From: Gammaproteobacteria bacterium
GTDB lineage: Bacteria; Pseudomonadota; Gammaproteobacteria; Xanthomonadales; Wenzhouxiangellaceae
DNA length: 64,000 nt
Direction: 5' to 3'
Assembly: GCA_009908385.1 (NCBI GenBank)
Contig: JAAAPE010000004.1
Coordinates: forward strand, 2,322 to 66,321
Part shown: positions 1-12,178 of the stretch, piece after piece
How positions within the stretch are numbered: the stretch's first letter is position 1
Layout: each line of letters begins with the position of its first letter
Notes under the pieces: model-generated
The model's database searches: none
Told to the model about the DNA's origin: nothing
What the model saw: the letters and a program-made list of their open reading frames with translations, nothing else
Translations under genes and position numbers: made by a program

Positions 1-2
1 GT

Positions 3-1568
3 CCCGTACTGACCGAGTACTCCGATCTCCTGGCCGACGACGCCGGCCGCCTCTACCTGCTGGCCAGCGAAGACCTGAGGCGCTTCGACCGGCTCAGCGG
101 TCGGCTGATCGACGTCTTCCTCGATTCCGCACTGCCCGGGCCGCGCACGCTCAAATCGTCCTTCCCGAGGGCGATGGGCTGGCTCAGCGGCGACAGACTG
201 GCCGTGCTCGGCGACAACGCCATCGAGGTGTATGACGAGGACGGCGAGCATCTCAATCCGCTCACGCAGGCGGAACCGAGCACCGACCCGATGGGCTGGA
301 GCCGGGCGATGGACCTGCCCTTGCGGGCCCTGGCGCAGTTCCGGAACCAGCTCTACGTGGCGGAAGCCGGCCAGAACCGTATCATGGCTTTTTCGGCACT
401 CAACGGCTTCCGGGGCCTCGACCTGGCCGGTCCCGGCGAAGGCGGACTGACCGATCCCTGGGACATGGCGGTCGGCCCCGATGACCTGCTCTACGTCGCC
501 AACGGGTCGGCCGACAACGTCCTGCGCTTCGATCCCGAAGCGGGCGAGTTCGTCGACGTGTTCGTCGACGCCGGCAGCGGCGGACTCGACTTCGCCCGCG
601 CGCTGGCCTTCGGCCCGCAGGGCGATTTGTTCGTGGCCAGCCGGAACAGCAACCAGGTGCTTCGATTCGATCCTTCCGGCAACTTCACCGGGGTGGCCAC
701 CGAGCAGCTGGGCGGCGATGCCCTGGAGGCGCCGGAGAACCTGCTGGTCGCGCCCGTGGTCGACGAGGTCGGTCCCGGTCACAGCGGCCACTACTTCGTA
801 CCCGAACGCGGCGGTGAAGGCTGGCTGCTCGAGATTCTCGACGCCGACCGCGCGGCCATCAGCTGGTTCACCTACCCGCCCGCATCCTTTGCCGCCACCG
901 AGCAGGCCTGGGTCGTGGGCGTCGGCGACATCGAAGGCTCGCGCATCGTGTTCGACGACGTTCTGGCCACGCGCCTGGCCGACCCCGATCGCCCCATCGC
1001 AACGGCCAACATCGAGGTACTGCCCTGGGGCACCCTGACGCTCGACTTCAACAACTGCCGTTACGGGCGGGCGAGTTTCGACAGCCCGCTGTTCGAATCG
1101 AGCGGTGAGCTCGACTTCGTTCGCCTGATCGCCATCGACGGGCTGCCCTGCGGCAGCGTCCCGCAACCCCCCTCGCCCGCCGCGCCGGGCATAAGCGGTC
1201 AGTGGAGCGATCCGGAGAGCAGCGGCCAGGGCTGGTTCATGCAGGAGCTCGGCGAAGGCCGGGTGTTCACCGCCTGGTTCACCTATGACACGAACGGCGA
1301 ACAGGCCTGGGTCGTCGGCGAGGGGCTGATCGACGGCAAGCGGCTCGAATTCGACGAGCTGACGCTGACCGGCGGCACCGACTTCGGCGGCGACTTCGAT
1401 GCCGACGCCGTCGACTACACCCCCTGGGGAGAACTGGTATTCGAGTTCGAGAACTGCGACCTGGCGACCGCCACCTACTCGTCGGTGCTGCCGCAGTTCG
1501 GCAACGGCGAACTCAAGCCCCGGCGCTTGACCGATCTCGACGGGCTCGACTGCAGCCTGCCCGAGTGA
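3..1568 (+). CDS. 5'-truncated NHL/beta-propeller repeat protein with two tandem uncharacterised C-terminal domains
   Basis: Frame of the 174..1568 ORF is open back to position 3 (PVLTEYSDLLADDAGRLYLL...). NHL-like repeats (PWDMAVGPDDLLYVAN, ARALAFGPQGDLFVAS) are followed by two similar ~130-aa domains (SGHYFVPERGGEGW...WFTY...PWG..C / SGQWSDPESSGQGW...WFTY...PWG..C). Confidence 0.75.
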   Translation, partial: PVLTEYSDLLADDAGRLYLLASEDLRRFDRLSGRLIDVFLDSALPGPRTLKSSFPRAMGWLSGDRLAVLGDNAIEVYDEDGEHLNPLTQAEPSTDPMGWSRAMDLPLRALAQFRNQLYVAEAGQNRIMAFSALNGFRGLDLAGPGEGGLTDPWDMAVGPDDLLYVANGSADNVLRFDPEAGEFVDVFVDAGSGGLDFARALAFGPQGDLFVASRNSNQVLRFDPSGNFTGVATEQLGGDALEAPENLLVAPVVDEVGPGHSGHYFVPERGGEGWLLEILDADRAAISWFTYPPASFAATEQAWVVGVGDIEGSRIVFDDVLATRLADPDRPIATANIEVLPWGTLTLDFNNCRYGRASFDSPLFESSGELDFVRLIAIDGLPCGSVPQPPSPAAPGISGQWSDPESSGQGWFMQELGEGRVFTAWFTYDTNGEQAWVVGEGLIDGKRLEFDELTLTGGTDFGGDFDADAVDYTPWGELVFEFENCDLATATYSSVLPQFGNGELKPRRLTDLDGLDCSLPE

Positions 1569-2171
1569 TCAGTAGCCCTCGAGCACGTCGACACCCTCGG
1601 GAGGCTCGAAACTGAAAAGGTCGGCCGATAGCGTCGGATTGCGTTCGAGCGCGCTCAGCGACAAGCGCGTGAGCTGGCCGAAACTGTCTTCGAGCTCGAG
1701 CCGTTCGGGCCGCCCCCCGGCGAAGTAGAGGCGGCCGACCTCGATTTCGGGATTGTCGGCCAGGGACTCGAATTCGATCAGGCCGGGCTCCGACGCCGTC
1801 ACGCGGTAGAAGCGATCCAGCAGTTCCGGTCGGGTCAGCACCAGCAGCGGCGATTCCGACGCCGACGGCTGAGGTCGCACCGTCACCTGTTCTAACGACA
1901 CGTCGTAGTGCCAGAGCTGCTCGCCGTCGGCGACGATTTCCTGCGGAAAGGGCTCGTCGTAGCTCCAGCGAAAGCGATCGGGCCGCGAGAAGTAGAGCGC
2001 CCCGCTCGATTCCTCGGTGATACGCCCGCTGCCGTCGATCGTGACCTGCTCGAAGCGCCCGGACAGCGTGTCGAGACCTTCGGCGAAGGCATCGAGCTGG
2101 GCACGCCCGTCCTCGGGCGCACTGGAAGCGGAGACCGCCAGCAAAACAACGGCGAGCCAGTCCATGATCAT
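1569..2171 (-). CDS. lolA: outer-membrane lipoprotein carrier protein LolA
   Basis: Signal peptide; SGRFEQ, RPDRFRWSY, QEIVADGEQLWHYD..LEQVT and FSFEPPEGVDV motifs; lies downstream of ftsK; ATG at 2171 preceded by AGGAGG. Confidence 0.93.
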   Translation of the reverse strand: MIMDWLAVVLLAVSASSAPEDGRAQLDAFAEGLDTLSGRFEQVTIDGSGRITEESSGALYFSRPDRFRWSYDEPFPQEIVADGEQLWHYDVSLEQVTVRPQPSASESPLLVLTRPELLDRFYRVTASEPGLIEFESLADNPEIEVGRLYFAGGRPERLELEDSFGQLTRLSLSALERNPTLSADLFSFEPPEGVDVLEGY

Positions 2172-2238
2172 TTCGGTGCTCCTCCTCTGGAAGGTTCGTG
2201 TAGCGAGTGTGACCGGACCGCGCTGAACCGCGGCTGAC

Positions 2239-4545
2239 TCATTCGCGCGGCGGCGGTTTCGGCGCCAGGACCTCGCGCTGGCCATTGTGCTCCGGCGGGC
2301 TGACCACGCCCTGGGCCTCCATGTCCTCGATCAGGCGGGCTGCGCGGTTGTAGCCGATCCGCAGCTGCCTCTGGACACTGGAAATCGAAGCCCGCCGGCT
2401 CTCCAGCACGTAGGCCACGGCCTTGTCGTAGAGCTCGTCCTCAGAATCACCGCTGCCGCCTTCCGGCAGGCCGGTCGCGCCGATTTGCTGTCCGTCCGCC
2501 ATGGTCTGGGTCTCGGAGAGCACCTCTTCGAGATAGTCCGGCTCACCCTGCTGCTTGAGCGACTCGACCACGGCGTGAACTTCGTGATCGTCGACGAAGG
2601 CGCCGTGGATGCGTTCCGGCAAGCCGGAGCCCGGCGGCAGGTAGAGCATGTCGCCGTGGCCAAGCAGCTGTTCGGCGCCCTGCTGGTCGAGGATGGTGCG
2701 CGAGTCGACGCGCGAGGACACCTGGAAGGCCATGCGCGTCGGGATGTTGGCCTTGATCAGCCCGGTGATCACGTCCACGGACGGCCGCTGCGTGGCCAGG
2801 ATGAGGTGGATGCCCGAGGCGCGGGCCTTCTGGGCCAGGCGCGCGATGAGCTGCTCGATCTTCTTGCCCACGATCATCATCAGGTCGGCGAACTCGTCGA
2901 CAACGACCACGATGTAGGGCAAGGCTTCGAGCACGGGCTTTTCCTCGCCCTCGGCCACTTCGGACGGATCGGCCAGGGGATCGGGGATGGGCTGCCCCTT
3001 CTCGGCCGCCTCCTTGATCTTCCGGTTGTAGCCCGACAGGTTGCGCACGCCCACCGAGGCCATCAGCTTGTAGCGGCGTTCCATTTCGGCCACGCACCAG
3101 CGCAGTGCGTTGGCGGCATCCTTCATGTCGGTCACCACCGGCGTGAGCAGATGCTGGATGCCCTCGTAGACCGACAGCTCCAGCATCTTCGGGTCGATCA
3201 TGATCAGCCGGACCTGGTCCGGCGTGGCCTTGTAGAGCAGGCTCAGGATCATTGCATTGATCGCCACGGACTTGCCCGAACCGGTGGTGCCGGCAACCAG
3301 CAGATGCGGCATGCGCGCCAGGTCCGCGACCGTTGGCTTGCCGGCGATGCTCTTGCCCAGTCCGAGGGTCAGCGGGGAACTCGAACGGGAATAGGCGTCG
3401 GAATCCAGGATCTCCCGCAAGTAAACGATTTCCCGGTTCTGGTTGGGAATCTCGAGCCCGATCACGCTCTTGCCGGGAATCACGTCGACCACCCGCACGG
3501 AAATCACGCTCAGCCCCCGCGCCAGGTCCTTGGAGAGATTGGACACCTGCGCGCCCTTCACGCCGGGCGCCGGCTGCAGCTCGAAGCGGGTGATCACGGG
3601 GCCGGGATGGACGGCCACGACTTCGACCTCGACGCCGAAATCCGCCAGCTTGAGTTCGACCTGCCGGCTCATGGCCTTGAGCGCGTCTTCCGAGTAACCG
3701 GCGCGCTTCGCCGGCGCCTCGTCGAGCAGTTCCAGCGGCGGCAGCTCGCCCGGGGACAGGTTCTTGAACAGCGGCTGCTGGCGGACCTTCTTCTCCGCCG
3801 GCTTGCGCGTTTCCGGCTCCACCCGCGGCTCGATCCGGACTTCCTTGCGGGACTTGCGCTTGATGGAGTCGCGCTTGCGCACCTCCTCGCGTTCGGCTCG
3901 CGCTCGCCGGCCGGCGAACCAGTCGCGCCCCTTGGCGACCTTGGCGACCGACCAGGCGAAGGACTGCATCGCGAATCGGCCGGTACGGTCAACGACGTCG
4001 ATCCAGGACAAGCCCGTGAACAGGGTGATACCGCCCAGGAAGATGCTGAGGCTGATGAGTACCCCGCCGGTCAGCCCCATGGTGGCGACCATCGGCTCCG
4101 AAAGTACGTCGCCGATCACGCCGCCGCCCGGGACGTGGCCGGCTTCGGGCGCCTGCATGGACAGCAGCATGCAACCGGTCATCACGGCCAGGAGCAGGCC
4201 GGCGGTGCGCACCGACCATTCCGCCAGGCCGGCCGGCTCGCCGCGCTCGCTGAGCACGCGAAATCCGGCGAAGCCGATCAGCAGGGGTGCCGAGTAGGCC
4301 ATGTAGCCGAACAGCACCAGGAACAGGTCGGCCAACCAGGCTCCGAAGGCACCGCCCAGGTTGTCGATATCGGAATCGGCGGCGGCCCGCGACCAGCCCG
4401 GGTCGGAAGGATCGTGGCTGAGCAGGCAAAGCAGCAGGTAGACCGCCGCGACCAGGATGAGCAGGAACAGCGCCTCGGAGAGGCGCCGTTTGAGTGCCAG
4501 CGCGGATTCGTCGACCTTCTCGCTCTTCTTCGCGCGCTGACTCAC
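2239..4545 (-). CDS. ftsK: DNA translocase FtsK
   Basis: N-terminal TM segments, Walker [22 protein letters not shown], gamma domain [16 protein letters not shown]. Confidence 0.97.
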   Translation of the reverse strand: MSQRAKKSEKVDESALALKRRLSEALFLLILVAAVYLLLCLLSHDPSDPGWSRAAADSDIDNLGGAFGAWLADLFLVLFGYMAYSAPLLIGFAGFRVLSERGEPAGLAEWSVRTAGLLLAVMTGCMLLSMQAPEAGHVPGGGVIGDVLSEPMVATMGLTGGVLISLSIFLGGITLFTGLSWIDVVDRTGRFAMQSFAWSVAKVAKGRDWFAGRRARAEREEVRKRDSIKRKSRKEVRIEPRVEPETRKPAEKKVRQQPLFKNLSPGELPPLELLDEAPAKRAGYSEDALKAMSRQVELKLADFGVEVEVVAVHPGPVITRFELQPAPGVKGAQVSNLSKDLARGLSVISVRVVDVIPGKSVIGLEIPNQNREIVYLREILDSDAYSRSSSPLTLGLGKSIAGKPTVADLARMPHLLVAGTTGSGKSVAINAMILSLLYKATPDQVRLIMIDPKMLELSVYEGIQHLLTPVVTDMKDAANALRWCVAEMERRYKLMASVGVRNLSGYNRKIKEAAEKGQPIPDPLADPSEVAEGEEKPVLEALPYIVVVVDEFADLMMIVGKKIEQLIARLAQKARASGIHLILATQRPSVDVITGLIKANIPTRMAFQVSSRVDSRTILDQQGAEQLLGHGDMLYLPPGSGLPERIHGAFVDDHEVHAVVESLKQQGEPDYLEEVLSETQTMADGQQIGATGLPEGGSGDSEDELYDKAVAYVLESRRASISSVQRQLRIGYNRAARLIEDMEAQGVVSPPEHNGQREVLAPKPPPRE

Positions 4546-4583
4546 TTGCCACCCTGCATCAAATTATGTTCGCAATTACCTGA

Positions 4584-5645
4584 TTATGATTGCTTCAATG
4601 CCGGATGCACAAGCTCGCCGTCTCGCAGGTTCACGCCTCGGGACAGCGCCTCGACCCGTTCCCAGTCGGGGCGCGCCATGTGCTGGACGTACGGGAGGAT
4701 GGCGGCCGAGAGCGCCTGGCTGGAGGTGCGCGGCACGGCACCCGGCATGTTGGTGACCGCGAAATGCGTGACGCCGTCGACCTGGTAGGTCGGGTCGGCG
4801 TAGGTCGTCGGGCGCGTGGTCTCCACACAGCCTCCCTGGTCGACCGAGATGTCGACCACGACGGCGCCTTCGTTCATCGACGAGATCATCTCCCGCGAGA
4901 TCACGTGCGGCGCGCGAGCGCCGGTGACCAGCACCGCGCCGATCACGAGGTCGGCCTTCGACACGAAATCGGCCACGGTTTCGCCGTAGGGATACAGCGC
5001 CGTGACGTTGGGGCCGATCGCCATCATCTCCGCCAGCCGGTCCTGGCGCTTGTCGAAGACCGTCACGCGCGCGCCCGAAGACGCCGCCAGGCGGGCCGAG
5101 TTGCCGCCGGCGGCCCCGGCACCGAGCACGACGACGTGCCCGCGATCGGCGGCCGGAAGGCCACCCAGCAGCACGCCCCGCCCGCCCTCGGGCTGGTGCA
5201 GCAGGTGCGTACCCACCTGCACGCCGATCCGCCCGGCGATATTGCTCATGGGCGCGAGCAGCGGCAGCGAGCCGTCGTCTTCCTCGACCGTTTCGAACGC
5301 CACGCCGGTCAGCCCGATGTCGAGCAGGCGATCGGTCAGTTCCGGCTCGGCGGCCAGGTGCAGGTAACAGAACAGCAGGTGATCGGCGCGCAGGTGGTGC
5401 AGGTCGCCCTCGATGGGCTCCTTGACCTTGACCAAGAGCTCGGCCTTGCCGTAAAGCGCCTCGGCATCCGGCAGCACCTCGACCCCGACCCGCTCGAAGT
5501 CCCCGTCTGAGAACCCGCTCATGCTGCCCGCCCCGGCCTCGATGAAGACCTCGTGCCCGGCCTGGACCAGGTCGCCGCAGGCCGCGGGCACCAGGGCCAC
5601 GCGTCCTTCCAGGGTCTTGATCTCGCGGGGAATTCCGATACGCAT
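4584..5645 (-). CDS. ald: alanine dehydrogenase
   Basis: MRIGIPREIK..EGRVAL, KVKEP, YLHLAA, LPLLAPMS, DISVDQGGC, NMPGAVPRTSS. Confidence 0.96.
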   Translation of the reverse strand: MRIGIPREIKTLEGRVALVPAACGDLVQAGHEVFIEAGAGSMSGFSDGDFERVGVEVLPDAEALYGKAELLVKVKEPIEGDLHHLRADHLLFCYLHLAAEPELTDRLLDIGLTGVAFETVEEDDGSLPLLAPMSNIAGRIGVQVGTHLLHQPEGGRGVLLGGLPAADRGHVVVLGAGAAGGNSARLAASSGARVTVFDKRQDRLAEMMAIGPNVTALYPYGETVADFVSKADLVIGAVLVTGARAPHVISREMISSMNEGAVVVDISVDQGGCVETTRPTTYADPTYQVDGVTHFAVTNMPGAVPRTSSQALSAAILPYVQHMARPDWERVEALSRGVNLRDGELVHPALKQS

Positions 5646-5742
5646 CCTCTAAGCTCCTTGAAAACTGCCAAAATGAAAAGACCGATCGACGACCGGTCAG
5701 CCTTGGATTGGGAGGCGGCCGACCGCACGTCTGTTCTTTTGA

Positions 5743-7851
<2,109 letters not shown>

Positions 7852-7852
<1 letters not shown>

Positions 7853-8577
7853 TGCGAGCACCCGTTCCCAGGCTGGGCGAGCCGCCGGACAGCCCCTTCC
7901 CCGATCCCTCGGCCAACCCCCGGGAAGACGGGTTGCTGGCCTGGGGCGGGGACCTTCACCCTGCGCGGCTGCTCAACGCCTACGCGCAGGGCATCTTCCC
8001 CTGGTACGAGGCACCCGGTCCGATCCTGTGGTGGTCGCCCGAGCCCCGGGCGGTCATGCTGCCCGACGCGATGCACCTGTCCAGGCGCCTGAAACGCACG
8101 CTTCGGCAGGGCCGGTTCGGGCTCAGTGCGGACCGGCACTTCGACGAGGTCGTCGCTGCCTGTGCAGCGCCGCGACACGATCAGGACGGCACCTGGATCA
8201 CGCCCGAAATGGCGCGGGCCTACGTGCGGCTGCACGCGCTCGGCCATGCCCACAGCATCGAGATTCACGGCGGGAACGGAGAACTCGTCGGCGGGCTCTA
8301 TGGCGTCGCGATCGGCCGGATATTCTTCGCCGAATCGAAGTTTCACCGGCAGCGGGACGCCTCCAAGATCGCGCTCGCGGTGCTGATGCGCGCGCTGACG
8401 CAGTGGGGCTTCCTGCTGTGCGACTGCCAGCTATGGAATCCGCACCTCGAACGGCTGGGTGTGCGCATGCTCTCCGGCGAGCTGTTTCGCGCCGCCCTCG
8501 CCAGGGGGGTTGCCGAGTCCGCCGGGGTGGCCGACTGGAAGACGGCGATCGAGCGAGTCGACTTCAGCCGCTGGTAG
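7852..8577 (+). CDS. aat: leucyl/phenylalanyl-tRNA--protein transferase
   Basis: GLLAWGGDL, AYAQGIFPWY, ILWWSP, GTWIT, LVGGLYGV, DASKIAL; ATG at 7852 overlaps the upstream TGA. Confidence 0.96.
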
Positions 8578-9436
8578 CGGAGAACAGCGCCGCCAGCGAC
8601 CGGTCCCCGGTCCGCGCGCCGCGCTTTTCGCGCGCCAGGGCAAGCGTGGCGCGGCCCAGTTCGGAGAACAGGCGTGCCCGCTCGGCGTCGAGGCCGGACG
8701 CGGCGGCGGCCAGGCGTCGACAAGCCGCCGCATCGCCGCGCTCGATGGGCCCCGTCAGGGCCGCTCGCGGGCTGGCTTCTCGCAAGCCCTCGAGCGTACC
8801 CTGCTGCAGATCGCAGAGCAGCTCGCGAGCCTGGTCACCGGGCAATCCCGCCCGCTCGGCCAGATCCCTCGCAAGGCCGTGAATGGTGACCAGGAAATTG
8901 CTGGCCGCGACCGTCGCCGCATGCCAGGCGGCCTTGTCGCGCGCGGAGAAGGCCAGCCACCGCCCGCCGGCGGTTTCGAATGCCGGGCGGAGCCGTTCGA
9001 GCGCGCCGGGTTCGCCCTCGGCCACGCACCAGGTGCCTTCGAAACGCGCCGCGGCCGACTGCGGATCGGCGAAGGCCCGCACGGGATGCACGGCCGCGAA
9101 AGGCGCGCCGATGCGCTCGAGCACGCGCGCCTCCACCGATCCGGACAGGTGGAACACGAGTTGCGGGGGCTGCGGACAGGCCCGGGCGATCGTCCCCGGC
9201 GCGTCGAGCAGGACCCCGTCGGGGAGGCCCACCATCAGCCAGCCGCCCGCGACCCGATCGTCGAGCGCCTCGGCGGGCTCTCCCCCGCCGATGAAGTCCG
9301 CGGCGCGTTGCGCGCTTTCCAGGCTGCGGTTGACGATCAGCCCCGGCTCGACCCGTCCGGCATCGACGAGCCGGCGCGCAATCGCTCGTCCGGCGCGGCC
9401 GCAGCCGAACACGTGCAGTCGCGGCGTATCAATCAT
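8564..9436 (-). CDS. Rossmann-like / DUF2520 domain oxidoreductase
   Basis: Plausible start MIDTPRLHVFGCGRAG at 9436; HLSGS, HPVRAF, WHAATVAASNFLV, ALTGPIERGD. Confidence 0.87.
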   Translation of the reverse strand: MIDTPRLHVFGCGRAGRAIARRLVDAGRVEPGLIVNRSLESAQRAADFIGGGEPAEALDDRVAGGWLMVGLPDGVLLDAPGTIARACPQPPQLVFHLSGSVEARVLERIGAPFAAVHPVRAFADPQSAAARFEGTWCVAEGEPGALERLRPAFETAGGRWLAFSARDKAAWHAATVAASNFLVTIHGLARDLAERAGLPGDQARELLCDLQQGTLEGLREASPRAALTGPIERGDAAACRRLAAAASGLDAERARLFSELGRATLALAREKRGARTGDRSLAALFSATSG

Positions 9437-10005
9437 GGCCGGGATCGGGTCCGCTCGGGCAGCTCCGGAACGCGCCCGGGGCTGCTCGACAGGTACTCGT
9501 CGAGACGCTCGAGGCCCTCCCCGTAGTCCCGGCCCACGAGGCCCGGCAGCAGCAGCCCGACATACCGGCCGACGAGATCGAGCGCGCCGAAGCGCATGCT
9601 CATGCCCCAGCGCACTTCGAGGCCGCCCTCGCCTTCGACCAGCTCGAACCAGCTGTCCGCCTCGTTCCCGCCGAGCTCGAGCTTCATGTCGATTCGATTC
9701 GGGCGGTCCACGCCGACGATCCACAGGCGGCTGGACTCGGCCTCCGGCGTTTCCTGCCACACCAGGGTCGCGCCGACGCCCCGCGGCGGCTCTCCTTCGA
9801 GGCGCCAGCTCATCGTGGGGTTGCGCGACGTCCACGGCGCCCACTGCGTGAAGTGGCGCAGGTCGGTCAGGACCTCGAACACCACATCCGGGGGGTGGTC
9901 GATCACGCGCGAGCGTTCGACTTCCGCCCGAGTCGGCAGCAGGAAGCCGATAACGACGAGCGCGATGACCAGCGCCAGCAGGATTCCGAACACTTTTCTG
10001 ATCAT
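9433..10005 (-). CDS. SRPBCC (polyketide cyclase/START-like) family protein with N-terminal TM anchor
   Basis: Hydrophobic N-terminus, LP..AEVERS.VI, WAPW, GVGA...W, DYGEGLERL. Confidence 0.85.
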   Translation of the reverse strand: MIRKVFGILLALVIALVVIGFLLPTRAEVERSRVIDHPPDVVFEVLTDLRHFTQWAPWTSRNPTMSWRLEGEPPRGVGATLVWQETPEAESSRLWIVGVDRPNRIDMKLELGGNEADSWFELVEGEGGLEVRWGMSMRFGALDLVGRYVGLLLPGLVGRDYGEGLERLDEYLSSSPGRVPELPERTRSRP

Positions 10006-10025
10006 GACTGCTTGCCTCCCGATCG

Positions 10026-10715
10026 TCAGGGCCAGGGATCTCCGGGCCGGGGTCCGCCCCGGTCGTTGGCTTCATCCGGAAACTCCTCTTCCCACTCCCA
10101 TTCGTAACGTTTGAGCGGGGGAAGATCGTGATCCCGGTAGACGAAGGCCAGGATGACGCCGATGAGCATGCCGCTGGCGTGCAGCTCCCAGCTGCTCGAA
10201 CCGGCCCCGGGCAGCACACCCCAGAGCATGGAGCCGTAAAGGAACCAGATCATCAGGGAAACGCCGACCGAACGGAGATCCCGCTTGAGGATGCCCGACA
10301 CAAACACGAACGCGAGGATGGCGTAGATGAGTCCGCTCGCGCCGATGTGCACGCTGGGCCGTGCGAACATCCAGGCCAGGGCCGCACTGCCGACATACAT
10401 CACCGGCAGGGACCGGAGGGCGGAATTGGGATAGAGAAACAGCATGGCCACGCCGCCGATGAACAACGGCAGGGTGTTGGATGCGATGTGCGCCAGGTGC
10501 GCGTGCAGCAACGGGGTGGTCGCCAGGCCGAGCAGCCCGACGCCCTCGCGCGGGCGCAGACCGAAGCGAATAAGATCGAGGCCGGTCAGGCTGTCGAACA
10601 GGAACACCGCCCACATCACCGCGACGAAGCCCGCGGTCAGGCGCATGGCGAGCGAGAAGCTGCGACGGGCGCGCGACGAGCCGGTGAATTCGGGATCGGG
10701 TCGCTTGAGATGCAT
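10026..10715 (-). CDS. rhomboid family intramembrane serine protease
   Basis: Multiple TM helices, H..HIASN, catalytic HIGASG and SWELHASG. Confidence 0.9.
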   Translation of the reverse strand: MHLKRPDPEFTGSSRARRSFSLAMRLTAGFVAVMWAVFLFDSLTGLDLIRFGLRPREGVGLLGLATTPLLHAHLAHIASNTLPLFIGGVAMLFLYPNSALRSLPVMYVGSAALAWMFARPSVHIGASGLIYAILAFVFVSGILKRDLRSVGVSLMIWFLYGSMLWGVLPGAGSSSWELHASGMLIGVILAFVYRDHDLPPLKRYEWEWEEEFPDEANDRGGPRPGDPWP

Positions 10716-11479
10716 CAGCTCGCGCTGCCCTGCGGGAGGGCGCTGGCGACTGCGGCATGGCAGTCGCGGCGCAACTGGCCGAGCTGGGCCGCCGTGAAGC
10801 CGCGCGTCTCGATCGGCGGGTGGACGATCAGGCGCACGCGGCCGGGCCGGATTCTCAAACTGTCTGCGGGCAGTATCTGGCGGGTGTCGACGACCGTCAC
10901 GGGGAGCACCGGCAGCTGCTGGTCGATCGCGACGCGAAACGCACCTTTCTTGAAGCGCAGCAGTTCACCGCTGCGGCTGCGCGTCCCCTCGGCGAAGAAC
11001 ATCAGTCCGGTACCCGGCTCGAGGCGACCCACGGCCCGGTTGATGGCGGAACGCGCCTGGTCGGGGTCGGAACGATCGATGAACACGTGGCCGATCGCGC
11101 GGCAACCGGCGGCGACGAAGGGAATCCGGCCGACCTCGGCCTTGGCCACCCAGCGCAGGTCGAGGCCGATCCAGCCATAAACGACCGGTATGTCGAACTG
11201 GCTCTGGTGGTTGGCCACCACCACGTAGCTCTGGCCGGGGTCGATTCGGTCGAGCCCGTCGACGTCCACCCGCACGGGCACCAGCCAGGCCAGGATGCGC
11301 CCCCAGGGAACGGCGATCCACAGGTTCGCCAGGCGCGGCGACACCACGAGCGCCAGCGGCACGGCCAGAAACGCGCCGACGAGCGTCGCCAGCACCACCA
11401 GCGGGATGTAGATCAGCCACTGGTAGATCGGGTAGAGGGTGAACCAGACCGGCTGGCTCGACGACCGGGACATGCTCAT
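10715..11479 (-). CDS. 1-acyl-sn-glycerol-3-phosphate (lysophospholipid) acyltransferase
   Basis: NHQSQFD, FIDR, FAEGTRS, FKKGAF (PlsC family); start could be 11473, 11479 or 11488. Confidence 0.9.
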   Translation of the reverse strand: MSMSRSSSQPVWFTLYPIYQWLIYIPLVVLATLVGAFLAVPLALVVSPRLANLWIAVPWGRILAWLVPVRVDVDGLDRIDPGQSYVVVANHQSQFDIPVVYGWIGLDLRWVAKAEVGRIPFVAAGCRAIGHVFIDRSDPDQARSAINRAVGRLEPGTGLMFFAEGTRSRSGELLRFKKGAFRVAIDQQLPVLPVTVVDTRQILPADSLRIRPGRVRLIVHPPIETRGFTAAQLGQLRRDCHAAVASALPQGSAS

Positions 11480-11495
11480 GGGGGTCATGCTACAC

Positions 11496-11521
11496 AAAAA
11501 AGGGGCGCCCGAAGACGCCCC
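11496..11521 (-). terminator. intrinsic terminator of the Hsp20 gene
   Basis: Minus strand reads GGGGCGTC-TTCG-GGCGCCCC followed by TTTTTT, ~35 nt after the ibpA stop. Confidence 0.88.
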
Positions 11522-11554
11522 TGCCCGTGTCGCTCACGGCATCCGACGGCCGCT

Positions 11555-12034
11555 TCAGGCCGCCTCGGCCGACCTGGACTTGCCGCTCTCGATCGCGCGG
11601 GCATCGCCGCTGCCGATCTCGATCTTGCGCGGCTTCATCCGTTCGGGCAGCTCGCGCTGCAACTCGATGTGGAGCAGACCGTTCTCGAGGTCCGCGCCCG
11701 CCACCTTGACGTGGTCCGCGAGCTGGAAGCGCCGCTCGAACGAGCGATTGGCGATGCCGCGATAGAGGAATTGGCGATCACCGCCCTCGTTATCCTGCGT
11801 TTCCTGCTTGCTGCCGGAAACGGTGAGCGTGTTCTGCTCGGAAACGATGTCGATCTCATCGCGACCGAAGCCCGCCACCGCCATCGTGATGCGGTAACGA
11901 TCCTCGCCGAGAGACTCGATGTTGTAGGGCGGATAGCCGTTGCTGTCGACGCGCGAGGCGTTGGACAGCATGTCGGCCAGGCGGTCGAAGCCGATGGCCG
12001 TCCGGTACAGGGGTGAAAGATCGAACGTGTTCAT
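11555..12034 (-). CDS. ibpA: small heat-shock protein IbpA (Hsp20)
   Basis: MNTFDLSPLYRTAIGFDRL, YPPYNIE, YRITMAVAGF, FLYRGIA.RSFERRFQLA, LENGLLHI; SD AAGGAGG before ATG 12034. Confidence 0.95.
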   Translation of the reverse strand: MNTFDLSPLYRTAIGFDRLADMLSNASRVDSNGYPPYNIESLGEDRYRITMAVAGFGRDEIDIVSEQNTLTVSGSKQETQDNEGGDRQFLYRGIANRSFERRFQLADHVKVAGADLENGLLHIELQRELPERMKPRKIEIGSGDARAIESGKSRSAEAA

Positions 12035-12066
12035 AACCGTATCCTCCTTGAGAAGCAATCGGTATT
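12032..12066 (-). promoter_or_regulatory. ROSE-like RNA thermometer hairpin over the ibpA SD
   Basis: 5'UTR reads ACCGA-UUGCUU-CUC-AAGGAGGAUACGGU-UAUG. The U(U/C)GCU anti-SD motif pairs with AAGGA leaving a bulged G, as in ROSE elements of sHSP genes. Confidence 0.75.
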
Positions 12067-12132
12067 GTCGGTTGATGCCCGCCTGCATCAGGCCGGGCTC
12101 GGTGAGACCCCTTGCGGCGATCTCGGTATCTC

Positions 12133-12161
12133 AAATAGGTATCGGCGGCTGAGGTTTCAAG
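12133..12161 (-). promoter_or_regulatory. sigma32 (RpoH) promoter of ibpA
   Basis: Minus strand CTTGAAA-N14-ACCTATTT resembles the consensus CTTGAAA-N13/17-CCCCATNT. Confidence 0.8.
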
Positions 12162-12178
12162 GGGGGAACGAGGTCGAC

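Noticed and set aside
2287-4788. 833-aa plus-strand ORF and similar long antisense ORFs (12759-14231, 19159-21576, 23608-25101, 33621-36041, 43311-44651, 53138-54652, 55874-58126, 61214-62797)
   Set aside because: Shadow frames opposite well-conserved genes; expected from high-GC codon bias; no recognisable motifs.
9437-10219. Extension of the DUF2520 ORF to 551 aa (also upstream extensions of gcvP, aat and the SCO-like ORF)
   Set aside because: Alternative-frame read-through across neighbouring genes; better-supported starts overlap the upstream stop codons.
10026-10715. Rhomboid as the sortase for the IFxDRFE motif
   Set aside because: Rhombosortase substrates need a C-terminal TM helix, which these tails lack; the gene is not linked to the tailed proteins.
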